From the NCBI GenBank assembly GCA_012295275.1, contig CM022672.1, positions 30,194,001 to 30,258,000 on the forward strand: a stretch of 64,000 bases of DNA, written 5' to 3'. Numbering within the stretch: the first letter of the stretch is position 1; every line of letters starts with the position of its first letter. Source of the DNA: Chrysomallon squamiferum (lineage: Eukaryota; Animalia; Mollusca). Positions 1-13,300 of this stretch are shown here, piece by piece. A program made the position numbers and the translations under genes. The notes beneath the pieces were generated by a model that was not told the DNA's origin, did not search any database, and saw only the letters and a list, made by a program, of their open reading frames with translations.

Positions 1-2411
1 AGGCACCAAGAACAAATGTTCTATGTTGCTGCCATCTGGCATCACTTGTTTCTTCAATACTCCAAACTTTGACTCAGCAGCTTGGCTGTCACAGGAATTA
101 GACTCGGAGTCTGAGCCACTTGTCTGTGGTAAAACGTGAACACATCTTGTATCTGGTTTCACCTCACCCTTGTGCTCAGTTTTGTGAGGCAGAGTGTAAC
201 TTTTCCTTTTACTTTTGGGTTTGTTGGTTGTGTCCTTTTTACCTTGTGGTTTCTGTGGTGGCTGAAGGAGTGTTTCTGACATAGAGGAGTCTAGATCATC
301 TTGAATCGAAGCCACTGCAGAAAGTGTCTCAAGATTTTGGGTGTCAAATTTGAGAGATCGAGAGAAAGCTCTGTATTTTGAAAATTTGGAAGAGGATCTG
401 CCATGAAGGGATGGATAGTCCGACTGTTTGGAAATATGTCTTCCAGCAGATCTTGACTTCTCAAACTTCTTTTGTGGTCCACAAAACGAGTATCCTAAAT
501 TTTTCAGGTGTCTAGAACGCCCAGGGTGTGAGCTGGTTGGTGACTCAGGCAACAAACACTTATGACAGTCAGACGAAGGGTGAAAAGAAGGCTGCAGCTT
601 CTGCCCTTTAAACGAGGCAGTGTTACCTTTGATTGGAGAACACCCCAGAGTGTACAGCAACTGTTCCAAATGTTCTTCATCTTGCTGTGCCATAAATTTC
701 AAGAACTCATCACCAAGCTCAATCTGAGGTGACTTTGATGTCACTGGTGGCTCCTCTGTTGGAATGCAACATGAAATATCTGATCGTGTCATCTGCATTT
801 GTCTGGTTTGAGTTGGCAGCCTCTGTGATCTCGAGACAGTTGGTGAATAAGCGGCAGTATTAATTTTGTTCAAAACAGATGGGTCAAATGGCTGGACATT
901 CTGAGGTAGAGTTTGTTCTGTGTCCAACAGGGCTTTGTTAATCTGCTTTTGGAGAAAAGCAGACATTTCTAGTTTTAACGATCCAGCATCTTGAGTCTTG
1001 TCAATACTTGGGTCCTGTAAACAAATATACCAATATACATTTAAAATACATGTATAAATATAATTTTAAAACAATACATAATTTTTTATTTTTTTTTCCT
1101 TACAAACCACAACAAAACCAGCAGCAGATAAATAAGCGTTTATAATTAATTATTAATAAAGCTCCAGATATCAAATCTCCTATGTAGAATGTAATCCTAA
1201 CTGTTAACACTACTGTATTTAGAATACTATATTAAAAAAAGAAATAAAGAAATAAAGAAAAAAAAAAAAGAAGGACACTTACTAAGATAGGAGAAATTTT
1301 AACTTCAACGTGACAGATTTCACATGTGACTATTTCAGCATCATTAGTGGCTGAATTACACCACTGAACTTCTATACACTGAAAATAAAAACAAAAATCA
1401 CAGTTGAAAATCTTTTTTAAAGATTATAAGTGTGGATGGAATATGTAAAAACAGAGTCACTTACAAAAAATAAATTAAAAATAACAAAATGTTATTAATA
1501 TTGAATATTTAAAAAATTCAAAACAAAACAAACATTATTTATCATTTTAAACTCAGTTACACTGAGATAGCAGGAAGCAGAATCAATCCTCCTAAGTGTC
1601 TTTATAGAGATATTTCTCATTCCAACCAAAGCATGTAACTGTTATACAAAATCAATGATTATATGATGTCTTCATTATAGGAAAAAGCACCCAAAATTCT
1701 AAAATCTGTAAGAAACTACTCTATACCATATCCTCACATGTATCAACATTTTGTAATTAATATGAGATAATATTAAAATATATTGATCCATGGGCCTAAA
1801 TTTATTTTTTGGTTATGGGGAAGAGTATCAAATTGCCCAACAATTTAAACAGGTCAGAACAAAAGTCCCAATTTCAGTAAAAATAAATTCCCCTTTGTTT
1901 TGTCCTCCATGCTCATGAGCCATACAGCCAAGCATTGATTCAGTTTAATTTGTTTTAATAAAATAATAAAATAATTAATAAATTACAGACCTTAGCACAG
2001 AGTGAGTGTCCACAGGAAAGTTTTGTAAACTGGACATGATCTTCAATATCAGAGCCATAACTTTTGTTACAACCTGGACATGTATCTTTGAATTCGACTG
2101 TTTCATCTTTTGACAAAACATCCTAAAATAAAAATTAAACCACAAATGAAATAGTCAGCAATGAGATTTGGTTACTTTGAAAAATATAATGGTGACTGTA
2201 TCTCTCTGTCCACAGAAAAACTATCTAACACGTTTTCTGTTGTAATATTTATTTTAATATCACAAATACAGTTTTTATCACTGAGGCTGTGACTAAATTT
2301 AGATTTAAAAAACATTACACAAGTGTCATTATTGAACAAGAAAGAAAGAAAACTAAAATAATTTTAAAAAAAACATTTACTTTGTTTTTGATTTTATTTA
2401 TTTATTTTTTA

Positions 2412-2473
<62 letters not shown>

Positions 2474-2919
2474 TGATCATTTTTATCCATGTAAGGGAAA
2501 ACAGTTCAATCATAATAAATAAAAATTAATGTTATCAAATCTCGCGTTGTCATGCATACAGTAAAGTCTACAAAATGCACAACTGCTTATTTCAATTTTG
2601 AATTTAAAATTTGTTTCTAAAAAGTTCATATTTTTTGTTTTTCTTTTACATAGTAGTTTGTTGATTGTAACATAATTCAAAAGAGCGTTGGAGTATTTTC
2701 GTTAATATCTTTAACTATCTTCCAACGTTACAATGCATTTTGTTTCCGACCAGTAGACTAGTAGTACTTCAGCAACCAGTACAGACCTATTTTTGAACAA
2801 TGCGCGATTATATTTCTCTGATTATAAACATATTTGTAATGTTAATTACAATTTTAAAAATTAAACTTCCAAACTTGAGATTTAAAAAATTATTATTTTA
2901 CCTGTTTGGGTATTTCCAT
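1..2919 (-). CDS. RING-finger (C3HC4-type) protein, 5' part; runs off the window start. Exons: candidate 2902-2919 (MEIPKQ), 1991-2122, 1283-1378, <1-1014
   Basis: GT-AG exons join in frame to ...CPGCNKSYGSDIEDHVQFTKLSCGHSLCAKCIEVQWCNSATNDAEIVTCEIC..., a RING-HC pattern (C-x2-C...C-x-H-x2-C-x2-C...C-x2-C). A stop-free 338-codon S/K/P/Q-rich exon follows. The first exon is uncertain; an alternative MLQSTNYY exon lies near 2649-2672. Confidence 0.75.
2415..2470. repeat. (TTA)n microsatellite
   Basis: Read directly; explains the poly-Leu ORF 2289..2522. Confidence 0.95.
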
Positions 2920-3200
2920 TGTTTGGATTTAAGTTTTGGTAGACTTTGTCGTACATGGATGCAGATTCTTAACACTTGTTGTGGGTGATAGCGTTTGAAT
3001 GACGAAATGCCGTGACGTAATATAGCATGCGCTCGAGCTATAATTTATTTTCGGAAAATTTCGGATACTTTTCTCCATGTTGGATAAATTATCTATATGA
3101 ATACCTACTTCGACACTGAAACTGCAGAACTCAGTCCTTCATTACTTCATTCCTTCTCGAACATTGGCAAACCAATATCAGTTAAATGAATTATACAAAC
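2920..3200. promoter_or_regulatory. Probable bidirectional promoter of the RING gene and the SLIMP-like gene
   Basis: CpG-enriched patch between divergent genes; CRE-like TGACGTAA at 3013-3020 and NRF1-like GCATGCGC at 3025-3032. Confidence 0.45.
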
Positions 3201-3284
3201 GACATTTTTTCTTTGATTTTAAAATTAAAATTTAAAATAAATTATGTATTTATTATTTAGTAGTATTATTATTAATATTATTAA

Positions 3285-3335
<51 letters not shown>

Positions 3336-3615
3336 ATTAGACCTAATTAGTGTTGGCAGTTAATTAATTATTCATGTAATTAATTAAATGAATTCATAGT
3401 TATTTGCAAATGCGGAGCTTGTTGCCGTAATCGAATCCTTTACTGTGTATCCTAGAGGTTCGACATTAGTCAAGCAAACTAATTAATTATTGTTAAAAAA
3501 TAAATAAACAAATAAATAAATAAAAGATAAACAATACTGGAATTGAAACATGGATTCACTGTAAATTTATGTGGCAATGTAGAGACACGAATGGCTAGTA
3601 AACTATAAGCAGAAA

Positions 3616-3881
3616 AGCAAACACAGGTGAACCGCAGTACGCTTTTATTCTCTGTCCGTATTTGTGTTCTGTTTCGACTTTGATATGTGTAAACTTTGCA
3701 GACGAGATAGAACGAACGTGTTGCTAAAAGAAGTATTTTGTTAAATTAGCAAACAGAGGGGAACCGCGGTACGCTTTTATTCTCTGTCCGTATCTGTGTT
3801 CTGTTTCGACGTTTATGTGTGTAAACTTTGCAGACGAGATAAAACGAACGTGTTGCTAAAACAAGTATTTTGTTAAATTAG
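3616..3881 (+). repeat. Tandem duplication, 2 x ~132 bp
   Basis: Near-identical units AGCAAAC..GAACCGC(A/G)GTACGCTTTTATTCTCTGTCCGTA...TTGTTAAATTAG start at 3616 and 3748. Confidence 0.92.
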
Positions 3882-3893
3882 TTTTTATCATTG

Positions 3894-3895
<2 letters not shown>

Positions 3896-3955
<60 letters not shown>
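3896..3955. repeat. (CT)n microsatellite
   Basis: Read directly. Confidence 0.95.
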
Positions 3956-3960
<5 letters not shown>

Positions 3961-4106
3961 ATATTTTATGTTTGAGTGCACGTTAACATATGTTACATTT
4001 TAATGCAGTAATGACTAAATGAGTAAACTGAGTAATATAAAGTGGCCTTTTTGATATTTTTATACACGAAATAAAAAATAAAAAAATCAGTTAATTATTG
4101 TTAAGA

Positions 4107-4162
<56 letters not shown>

Positions 4163-4371
4163 AATCACTGTCGAACATGAGCATAATTATAAAAGAGGAT
4201 AAAATTTCAACATAATTATCGTCCTTATTATCAAAACTACAGGTAGTGAGTTAGGTAATTATCTTTATTTATTTATTTATTTATTTATTTTAATTCCTAT
4301 CACTTTTATTATTTTTATTATGAAAGTTATTACCAAGAATTAATTATTAAGTTGTTGGAGAGACATTATTG

Positions 4372-7300
4372 ATGAAGCTGGCTAAGATGAGTTACAGGAT
4401 ATGGCTTAGAATGGTACAGCTGAATTCAGTAAATTCTTGTCTTCTGTGCAATAAATCTTCAGTATTTGAACAGAAGGTGTTGAGAAGGTTTAAATCATCA
4501 ACATCAGGTTAGTATGTAACTGCAGTGTTGTAAAATATTTAAAATGATATTCAGTTAAATACATATGCACGCACACACAGACATGCATATTTTTCATGAT
4601 CACATACATGCAAATGAATTAATTCAAACACAAATAAGCATACAGGAACACATAAAGCCATGTGCATGCATGTACACACAGACACAGACATCAGTAACAG
4701 AGTACAAAATGATTTTTGTAGAGTTCAGAGCTAAGTATATGTTAATCTTGTTTGCCATTCATGACATGACTGATTTGCTAAATCCAGTTAATTTTTCTTG
4801 TATGTTTTTTGAATGTATGATGGTTATTTAAACAAGTGTCTATTATAAATATGCTTTAGCCTAACCTACAAACAGTTATGTTTAATCTATATTTGTGTTT
4901 TGAACACTTGTCTGTATTTGTACAGTTGTGTGTATGTGTATATGTATATATGTATATATACACAGATGCAAACACACACATATTAATATTTATACACATA
5001 TACACAAACACACACAAAACAGATGCTTATGTATATACACAGTCATATACATACATGTATACATAAACACACAAACTGAGATCCATGCACACACACACAC
5101 ACAGACACACACACACAAATAATCTAATCTAAAGAGCCTACAGATAAGAACATTATATTTGCTGTGTTTTGATATTTTCAGTTGTTCACAAAGCCTCATC
5201 TCTCTTTGTAAGCAATGCTGCTGCTCAAGATACTGGCGCCATCGAGCTCAATCTCAGACTGGATGAGAAACTTTCACAAGTTAAAATTCTTAAAGAAAAC
5301 CTCAAAATCAGGAGACTGGATTTTGACATTGATACTTTGGTAAGTACCACTGCAAGTAATGCATTATCTAGAATCCTTGTTAATTCTGATTCATCATCTA
5401 GTTGTCCACTTTCAGAGAAATATGGCAGATGTGTTTCTCTGTGTTTCAGATTTTATATATAAGCATACTCTATCCACCTTTTGTCACTCGGAATTTGATT
5501 TTTATGTTTTTAATTTGTCCTTTTACAAAATCACACCAGAACAGTAAATTTTTATATTCCTCTTTTCTTCTTGCCACAGAATTCAGTAATCATTGATACA
5601 TTTAATATAAGCTTTATCTTTTAATATATAATTCTTTAGGGTCCATAGGCCCAATCCTTTGTTATTTTCATTGAAAGTTCCATCCAGACAAAATCAGTGT
5701 AAAGACATTGGTTGAAAAGTTGTATGTACTGATGAAAATTTGAGATATATACAAGGAATGGTGTGAAACAAATATTTTTTCAATGCACCTCTATGGGAAG
5801 TTCTTTGTGCTTCTGTAGTACTTGAATAATTTTTTTCAGGATGTCAATATCCGAGTCTGTTGTGTAGCTAATATTTCTCATTAAGAGAAATGAAAGCATG
5901 TGTGCTGACAGTGACTTCCTGCTTCACCTAAATATTTTCACCTATTCATTTATTCATTTATTTATTTATTTGTATTGTTTTAGATAAATGACTTCAAACA
6001 GATGAAGATGGTTGAAAGTGAAAAGTTAAAACTTGAGTCTGAAAAAGATGAGATTTCTCAAATAATGGCTCAACTTACAAAAACGGAGGTACTGTATATA
6101 CAAAGAAAAATGATTTTTCGTTCTCTCTCCCCCATCCTCTCCTCTCCTTCTCTCTCACTCTGTTATTTGATCTCTACTGTGCATGTGTGATTGTATGCTG
6201 CTGTACATCAATATTTGGTCATTAATGTTTTCAGAATTTTCCTTACATAAATCCAGATATATGTAAATATATATTTAAAAACTTAGAAAAAAGGCAAAGA
6301 AAAATAGTCAAAATACTAATTCTCTCAAGAAAGTATATAAATAATTAAAATAGTCAAAATATTTGTGTATGTAAAATTCATTCCTTTGGGAACATTTTCA
6401 AAATGTATATTAACATAGCATATACAGATTTACTGAATATGTTTACAGTTTTAGTTTGGAAGTGGTTTAAATGAAGATTTTTATTTACACAGATAGTACA
6501 TGTATATTTAACTAATATTAATTTCAGGAAACTAAAGATGTCGCACAGTCTCGTGATGTTTTAAAAACAAGAGGCAGAGAGGTTAGGGATGCTTTACGTG
6601 ATATTAATGTAAGTTATAGACAGTTGTATTTAATTCTTATCAAATTGTTTAATAATATAGATACTGTATATACAAAACATCACAGAGCCATGGTAATTTG
6701 CTCCTGAGCTTTCAATTGATACAATTTCAGAATACTGTTTTTATGATGACTTTTAATAATAATAAATCAAAAAGACTTTCTATATAGCAATAAATTTAAA
6801 AAAAAAAAAAAAAATACAGATTAAATTAAACATTTGAACAAGAAATGTTTTCAATAAACTGGTGCATTGTATCCTTGTCTTTGGAATACTGTTAAAAGGA
6901 GTGTTATTAACATATTAACAATATTTTAGATATATTTTTTTTAGTGCATAAAGAGTAGAATTGTTTAATTATTTTAACATTTTAATTTTAAGGGAACATG
7001 AACAGTTATATGATCTGATGAAAAACTGAGTTATTTAATTATTTTTTTAAATTTATAGACAAATAAAATGTAGATATTTTTGTTCTGAGAAATTTTGTAT
7101 TTTGTGTTTGACAGAAACAGTGGTGGGATCTGGAAAACAAAGTTATATTGAAAGCCTTGACCTTGCCAAATGACCTTGACCATGACACGGTTAGTCAGTC
7201 AGTTGAGATAACACATTTTATACACACTTTACTTTTATTTTTCTCTAAATCATTACCGATTACAATAATTTTATATTAATTTTAATGCTTATGCAGTGTA

Positions 7301-10300
7301 ATTATAAGTTAAATATTTGTTTTTCTTTCTGTTTTTTTGTATGTGAAAACATTTGATAGGAGAATTTTTTTGTAATAATTTATATGTTTTTGCATCTCAC
7401 TACCTATTACAATATTTGGAAACTTTTTTTAATATTGTTCAATCAAAGAACACCCTTGAAAGTGAAATAAATGATGACAGCAATATGTTTTTGATAACAC
7501 TTCAATTAATTTTTTTATATATTTACATAATTCCCTTTCATCTGACAAAATTCTAAATGTCACATTTGCCATAATAGATCTTGCCCATGTTACATATTCT
7601 TGAATACTGTTGTAAATTATGAATGTTTTTGTTTTGTTGGGTTTTTTTCCAGCCAGTTGACAAATATGAAATTCTTGATTCCGCAGGAGAAATAAAAGGT
7701 GACAAAATAATTATTTATTGATATCAGATATAAATTTATAATTAATTTTATAAAGTGTTAAATTATACTTTTATATATTATATAGATAGATATATATATA
7801 GGTATGTATACATACATACATAAACATATATGCATATATACAGAGAGACAGAGACAGAGTTTTTAAATAAACCAAAAATTATTTTTCTTTATATTGTTAT
7901 TAAATTATTAATTGCAAACAAGAAAACAGTGAAAATGAAAACTGATGACAATTATTTTATCTTGTATTTGGTTCTGTAAAGTCATTTTGACAAAACACCA
8001 AAGTCTAAATGTTAAATTATTATGTAAGATTCATTCTAGATACATTTCACATAAACAAGTATCTCTTTTTTTCTTGGTGTTAGTTTCAGAAGATGTGAAA
8101 AGTCATATTGAAATCTGCAAACAGTTTGACTTGGTCAAATTTAGGTAAAGAAATATGTATTTTAATATATATACACCAAGATTCAGAACATAAATGATAT
8201 ACACTCACACAAATATGCATTCACTTGCATTCACAGACACAGGTTGCTTTTGATTCTGTCATTTTATTTTACAATTTTATTTTTGTTTCTTCATTTCCTC
8301 ATTTCTTTTTGTTTTTTCAATTTTTAGAAAATGGAAAATTGCTTTTAATATGAATATAATTAAACGATACAACTGATAGAGCTTTATCAAGAATGGGAAT
8401 CTTGTAATGTGTTTCAGTTGTGTTGGTCCCAAGGCATATTACTTGAAGAAAGATCTGGCTATGACAGTACAGACTCTGATTTCCTCTGTCAGTGATTATT
8501 TGTCAGTACAAGGATATTCACACATCACCACACCAGAAATGTTCAGGTCCAGAGTGGCAGTGAGTCGATTAAACCAGTGAAATAGTTTTTAGAATTGTCT
8601 GTTGAAGTAACTTAAAAAATTAACCTGAAATTAAAACTGACAAAGTGCACTTAAATTATAATTTAAAATAATAATAATACTGGTATTATTTGTTTTTCCT
8701 TTTTTTTTTTTACATTCTTAGTGTGTAAGTTTTAATTAATAAATATTATAATATTAAGAAATATTTTATTTTAGGAAGGCTGTGGCATTGACTTTGAAAA
8801 TCCAAAAGAGGTATGAATTACTATAACATTAATGAAATTAAATACAATAATATTCCATGTAGTATGTGTATGTATAAATTTCATATTTTTTACATGATAA
8901 AGGTGTATGATATGAAAAATTATTTGTTCCCATAATGTATTAATACTTATTTAGAAATATTTTTTACCTATATTAAAATCTTTGTGTTTGTTCCTGTTTT
9001 ATGATATTCAAAATTAAACAATATTATTTTAACATTTAAAAAAAAATGAAAATAATAACAGCAAATAAAATGACTTTTTATCTTGTATTCAGTTGTATAA
9101 AATGTATGACCGGGATGCAGATTTGAACTCGGAAGCTAGAACTCATCAGCTGTTAGATATGTTACACCTTTGTGGAGCCTCTCTTCTCTCATTTGCTGGT
9201 TAGCACTGTTGTCCATAAATTTATATATAATGTTTAATTTGAATGTATGAGTATATATAATGTTTAATTTGAATGTATGAGTATATATAATGTTTAATTT
9301 GAATGTATGAGTATACACCAACTTTAGTTTGTCTGCCTGTCTCACTATGTCCCTCCTGTGTGTGTTTGAGTGTGAAAGAGAGTTGTGAGCAGATTTATTA
9401 GTGTAGTTAACTATATGGGTTTTTAAAAAAATAATAATAATAAAAACTCGGTATCATGAACTTCATAGATTACAAAAAGATGCATTATAAAAGGACTCTT
9501 GTTGCTAATTATGCAAACATAATTAAACAGGATTGATCCATTTAATAACTGATTCAAGCCAGCTTCCCTGCAACAATGTCATACAACAAACCAGCAACAC
9601 TGTAAACCGACACTAGTCAAATTGATGTAGGTCCTGAAGAGGTGACTGCTGGTGAAAAACAGTTTTGTCTAATCCAATTTCACAATGCATATGAGTAATA
9701 CTTTTTACTGAATGGATAAATATATATTGAAATTTATTCCTGTACATAGAAGAGAGAAATTAATTTTTAAATTTATATAAATCATTATATAATTTTGCGA
9801 GAAATATTTCTTTATAATTTATTCCCATTCATTTAAGTAAATTTTATTGTTACTGTTTTTCTCATGTTTTTATTTCTTTTTTTTTGTCTTCATCTTTTTT
9901 TTTTAAATTTTGTTTCGTTGTTTTTAATTGTTGTTTATTTTATTTATTATTATTTTTTATTTTTTATAGCATATCTGACAAAAATGGTTATTGACAGGAA
10001 GACTTTGCCTATCAGACTGTTTAGTGTTGGAACTCATTATCAACCCAGTAAGTAATAATTTCATGTTAATTAGATAAAAAAAAAAAGTTTTATTATTACT
10101 CTGCGTATGTGTGTATGCCTAGTCTGTTTCATTTTATTTTTATTAGGTAATAACATAATACCTATCTTAGTTTGGTCGTACTAAAACTGTTTAAATTGGG
10201 TATTTGCAAACCGCCCATAATGTTTATAAAAACCTGATTTTGTTGTTTAAAATAAAACATTTTTGTTTTCCTTAACAGTTACATAATATTATGATGTTAT

Positions 10301-13300
10301 TTTAGGGAATGTGCTAGTAATTCTATTTTGCTGTTTACTATTAATAAATATTTTGTTAACAACGTTACCATATTAACATGGGTACAATGAAATTATTTTC
10401 AGTGGAATCTGTTCATATTCAAAAACATGATGCAATTATGTTAAACTATTTCTATGTCTCTTTATTGTTTGCTAATCCATTTTTTTGTCATGTCCATATA
10501 TAAAAGGGATATAACTACATTATAAACAGACCACACAAAAAATGCCTGTAAAGTAATAATATTTTTGTTCAAAATAAATATAATTCACTTATTCTGATTT
10601 TAAAAACTGTTTTCAGAAAATGATCTACCAGGATTATTTGGAGCTCTCCAATCTACTAAGGTAAATATAATTTCTTTAATTTTGATATTTATTTTCTTTA
10701 ATCTTGATATTTGTGTTTAGAATGTTAATTGATATAATTGTTAGTACAGAGATTTGGTTTATAAAATTTTGTCAGGCAATTGTCTTTAGTGGAAGTGAAG
10801 ATGCCACCTCCAGTGCTGAAGAGTTTGACAAGATGAAGAACTTGATTTGGAACTTGTACAAACCTACAGGATTTCCAGTTAGGTATGTTACTTTAAAATT
10901 CAGTTAGCCTATACACACACACATACACACATAACATACAAACCTATATATAAACACACACATAAGTACATATATATATATGTAAAAACTGTGACATAGA
11001 TATATACATAATAACTGTAACTTTAGTTTATCTTTTATGGATGACTTAAATGGCTAAAGCTTTAGTAATTTCTGGACTGTTTAAGAAATACTAATAATAA
11101 TTAATAATAATTTTTTTTTTTAAACATATAATTATTACAATGAAATGGAATGGATATATATTCTGAGTACATTAGAAATAATTAAAAAGAAAATAGTTTG
11201 AGATAATTTAATTAGTATTAAAAGAAGATCTTTCATAATGGAATTCAAGTTATTTAAGTTACAATTATCACCAGTTTATAAAAGTAACCAAGAGACTGGA
11301 AGAAGCTCTCCTCTCTTTATGTTTTTTTTTTTTTAATTATTATTATTATGCAGCTGATTCTTAATAACTTTTAATATTTTATAGGAATAAATGATTATTC
11401 ATTTGTGGAAATTTGAAATAATTACGTTTTTATTTCATTTTGGTTAGATTGGTTCAGTGTCCCGGAAACAAACTGAAATCAGCAGAATCAAAAAGAGTGG
11501 AAGTTCAGATGTGGTCTCCCAGTCTAAAAGAGTTTGTGCAGGTACATTTTTAAACTTAATAATTATGTCAGTCTCATTCACACATAGAGCAGATTTTTTA
11601 AATTCACTTACATCTTTCAAATTAATAGCATTATGCAACAGATATACATATATATATATATATAAAGACATTTAATATTAAATGAAATAAGTTTTTAATT
11701 TAGCTTTGAATCATTATTACCTCTCTAGTAAGATTTTATTGAAGCCCAGAAATTTTCCGTCAAATAATTGTCAAGCTTTACTGACTCGATTATCTTCCTA
11801 TTACATTTGCCAGCTTTAAAACATCATTAGTAATCTCAGCTGAAGAGCTTGATTAGTTTGAATCCTGAATAAATAACAAAGAACCCAGTTATAATTAAAA
11901 ATATTTGTAAATGTTTTGTTTGTGATTATATAATAACAAAGTTACATGGTATCATAATTATGATTGTGAATATTTTAAAATAATTATAGTTTGCTTTCTG
12001 ATTATGTAAAAAAAAAAAGTTACATAGATTAACAAGTGTAAATATTTGTAAATACGTTTGTTGTTATTTTTGTTTGTTTCAGTTTGTATAATAACAAGTT
12101 AAATTGCTTAAAATGATTTTTTATTTTTTTTAAAATATGGTTTAGTTTCTGATTATATAATAATAAAGTTACATATTTTAACATGATTGTAAATATTTGT
12201 AAAAAAAAATTCTTTCGATTACATAATAATACATTTATATTGTATCATATGGTTGCATGTATTTGTATGTGGTTTTGTTCATTCATTCATTGTTTCTAAT
12301 TATATAATAATAAAGTTACATTGTATAATATGATTTTAAATATAAATGATAATAATTTCTTTCTAACTAAACTATTTTTTATTATTTTATGTTTTGTCTC
12401 TGTTTAATTCAGGTTGGTTTTGTCTCACAACACAATGATTTTGTGAGTCGCAGACTTTGTTGTCTTCATTCTGTCAACACTGTGGATCACAAACAGGGTC
12501 AGCATGTATACATGGTAAGAGAGGCTTCATTCAGGAGTTATATAGGCAGATCTCTGAATGTCATTGTTAGAATATTTCTGGATAGAATATTTTCTCAACT
12601 AAATTACCACAGAATTGTGGCAATTACTGGTGGGAAATGCATGTATAAAAGCTTTTAATGTTTAATATTAGATATGTGATTATTTTCCATTAAAACAGAT
12701 AGATACATTACTCTCTCTCTGGTGTTGAAATATTGTAGCAATCACATGATGTCTGGACAGTTAAAGTTTTTAATGTTTAATATTAGATAAGTAATATTTT
12801 CTGTTTTATACATACACATTACTTTTTTTTCACTGACTTTGGTGGTAAGATATTGTGCCAGTTGACAGGTAGAATGTCATGTATTAAAAAATTGTAATGT
12901 TTAGTATTATGGAAGTAAATACTTCAGTAAACACATTACTCTCTATTTGGTGTGTTCAAATATTGTACCACTTATCTAGTGGACAGTACAAGTCATGTGC
13001 AAACGTTTTTAATGTTTAATAGTAAATACAGAGCTAGTTTATGTTAGTGTACTTATTACTGTCTCTTTGCTGATATCACGATAGTTATGTAGTGGGTATC
13101 GTACATCGTGTATAAAAGTTTTTAATGTTTAATATTAAGTAAGTACCTATTTTATGTTGATATACACATTACTCTCCTTTTTTGGTGTTCAGTAATTGTA
13201 ACAATTACCTGGGGTATGGCATACACCATGTATTTAAAAAAAAAAAAAAGGGTTTTAAATTAATATTAGGTAAGTAACTATTTTGTTTTGGAATACGTGA

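Noticed and set aside
4565-5199. H/T/Y/C/V-rich ORFs
   Set aside because: Products of (CA)/(TA)-rich low-complexity intron sequence; the same applies at 35030-35647.
10268-10278. U12-type branch-site match TTCCTTAAC
   Set aside because: The host intron has a U2 GTAAGT donor and the motif lies ~340 nt from the used acceptor.
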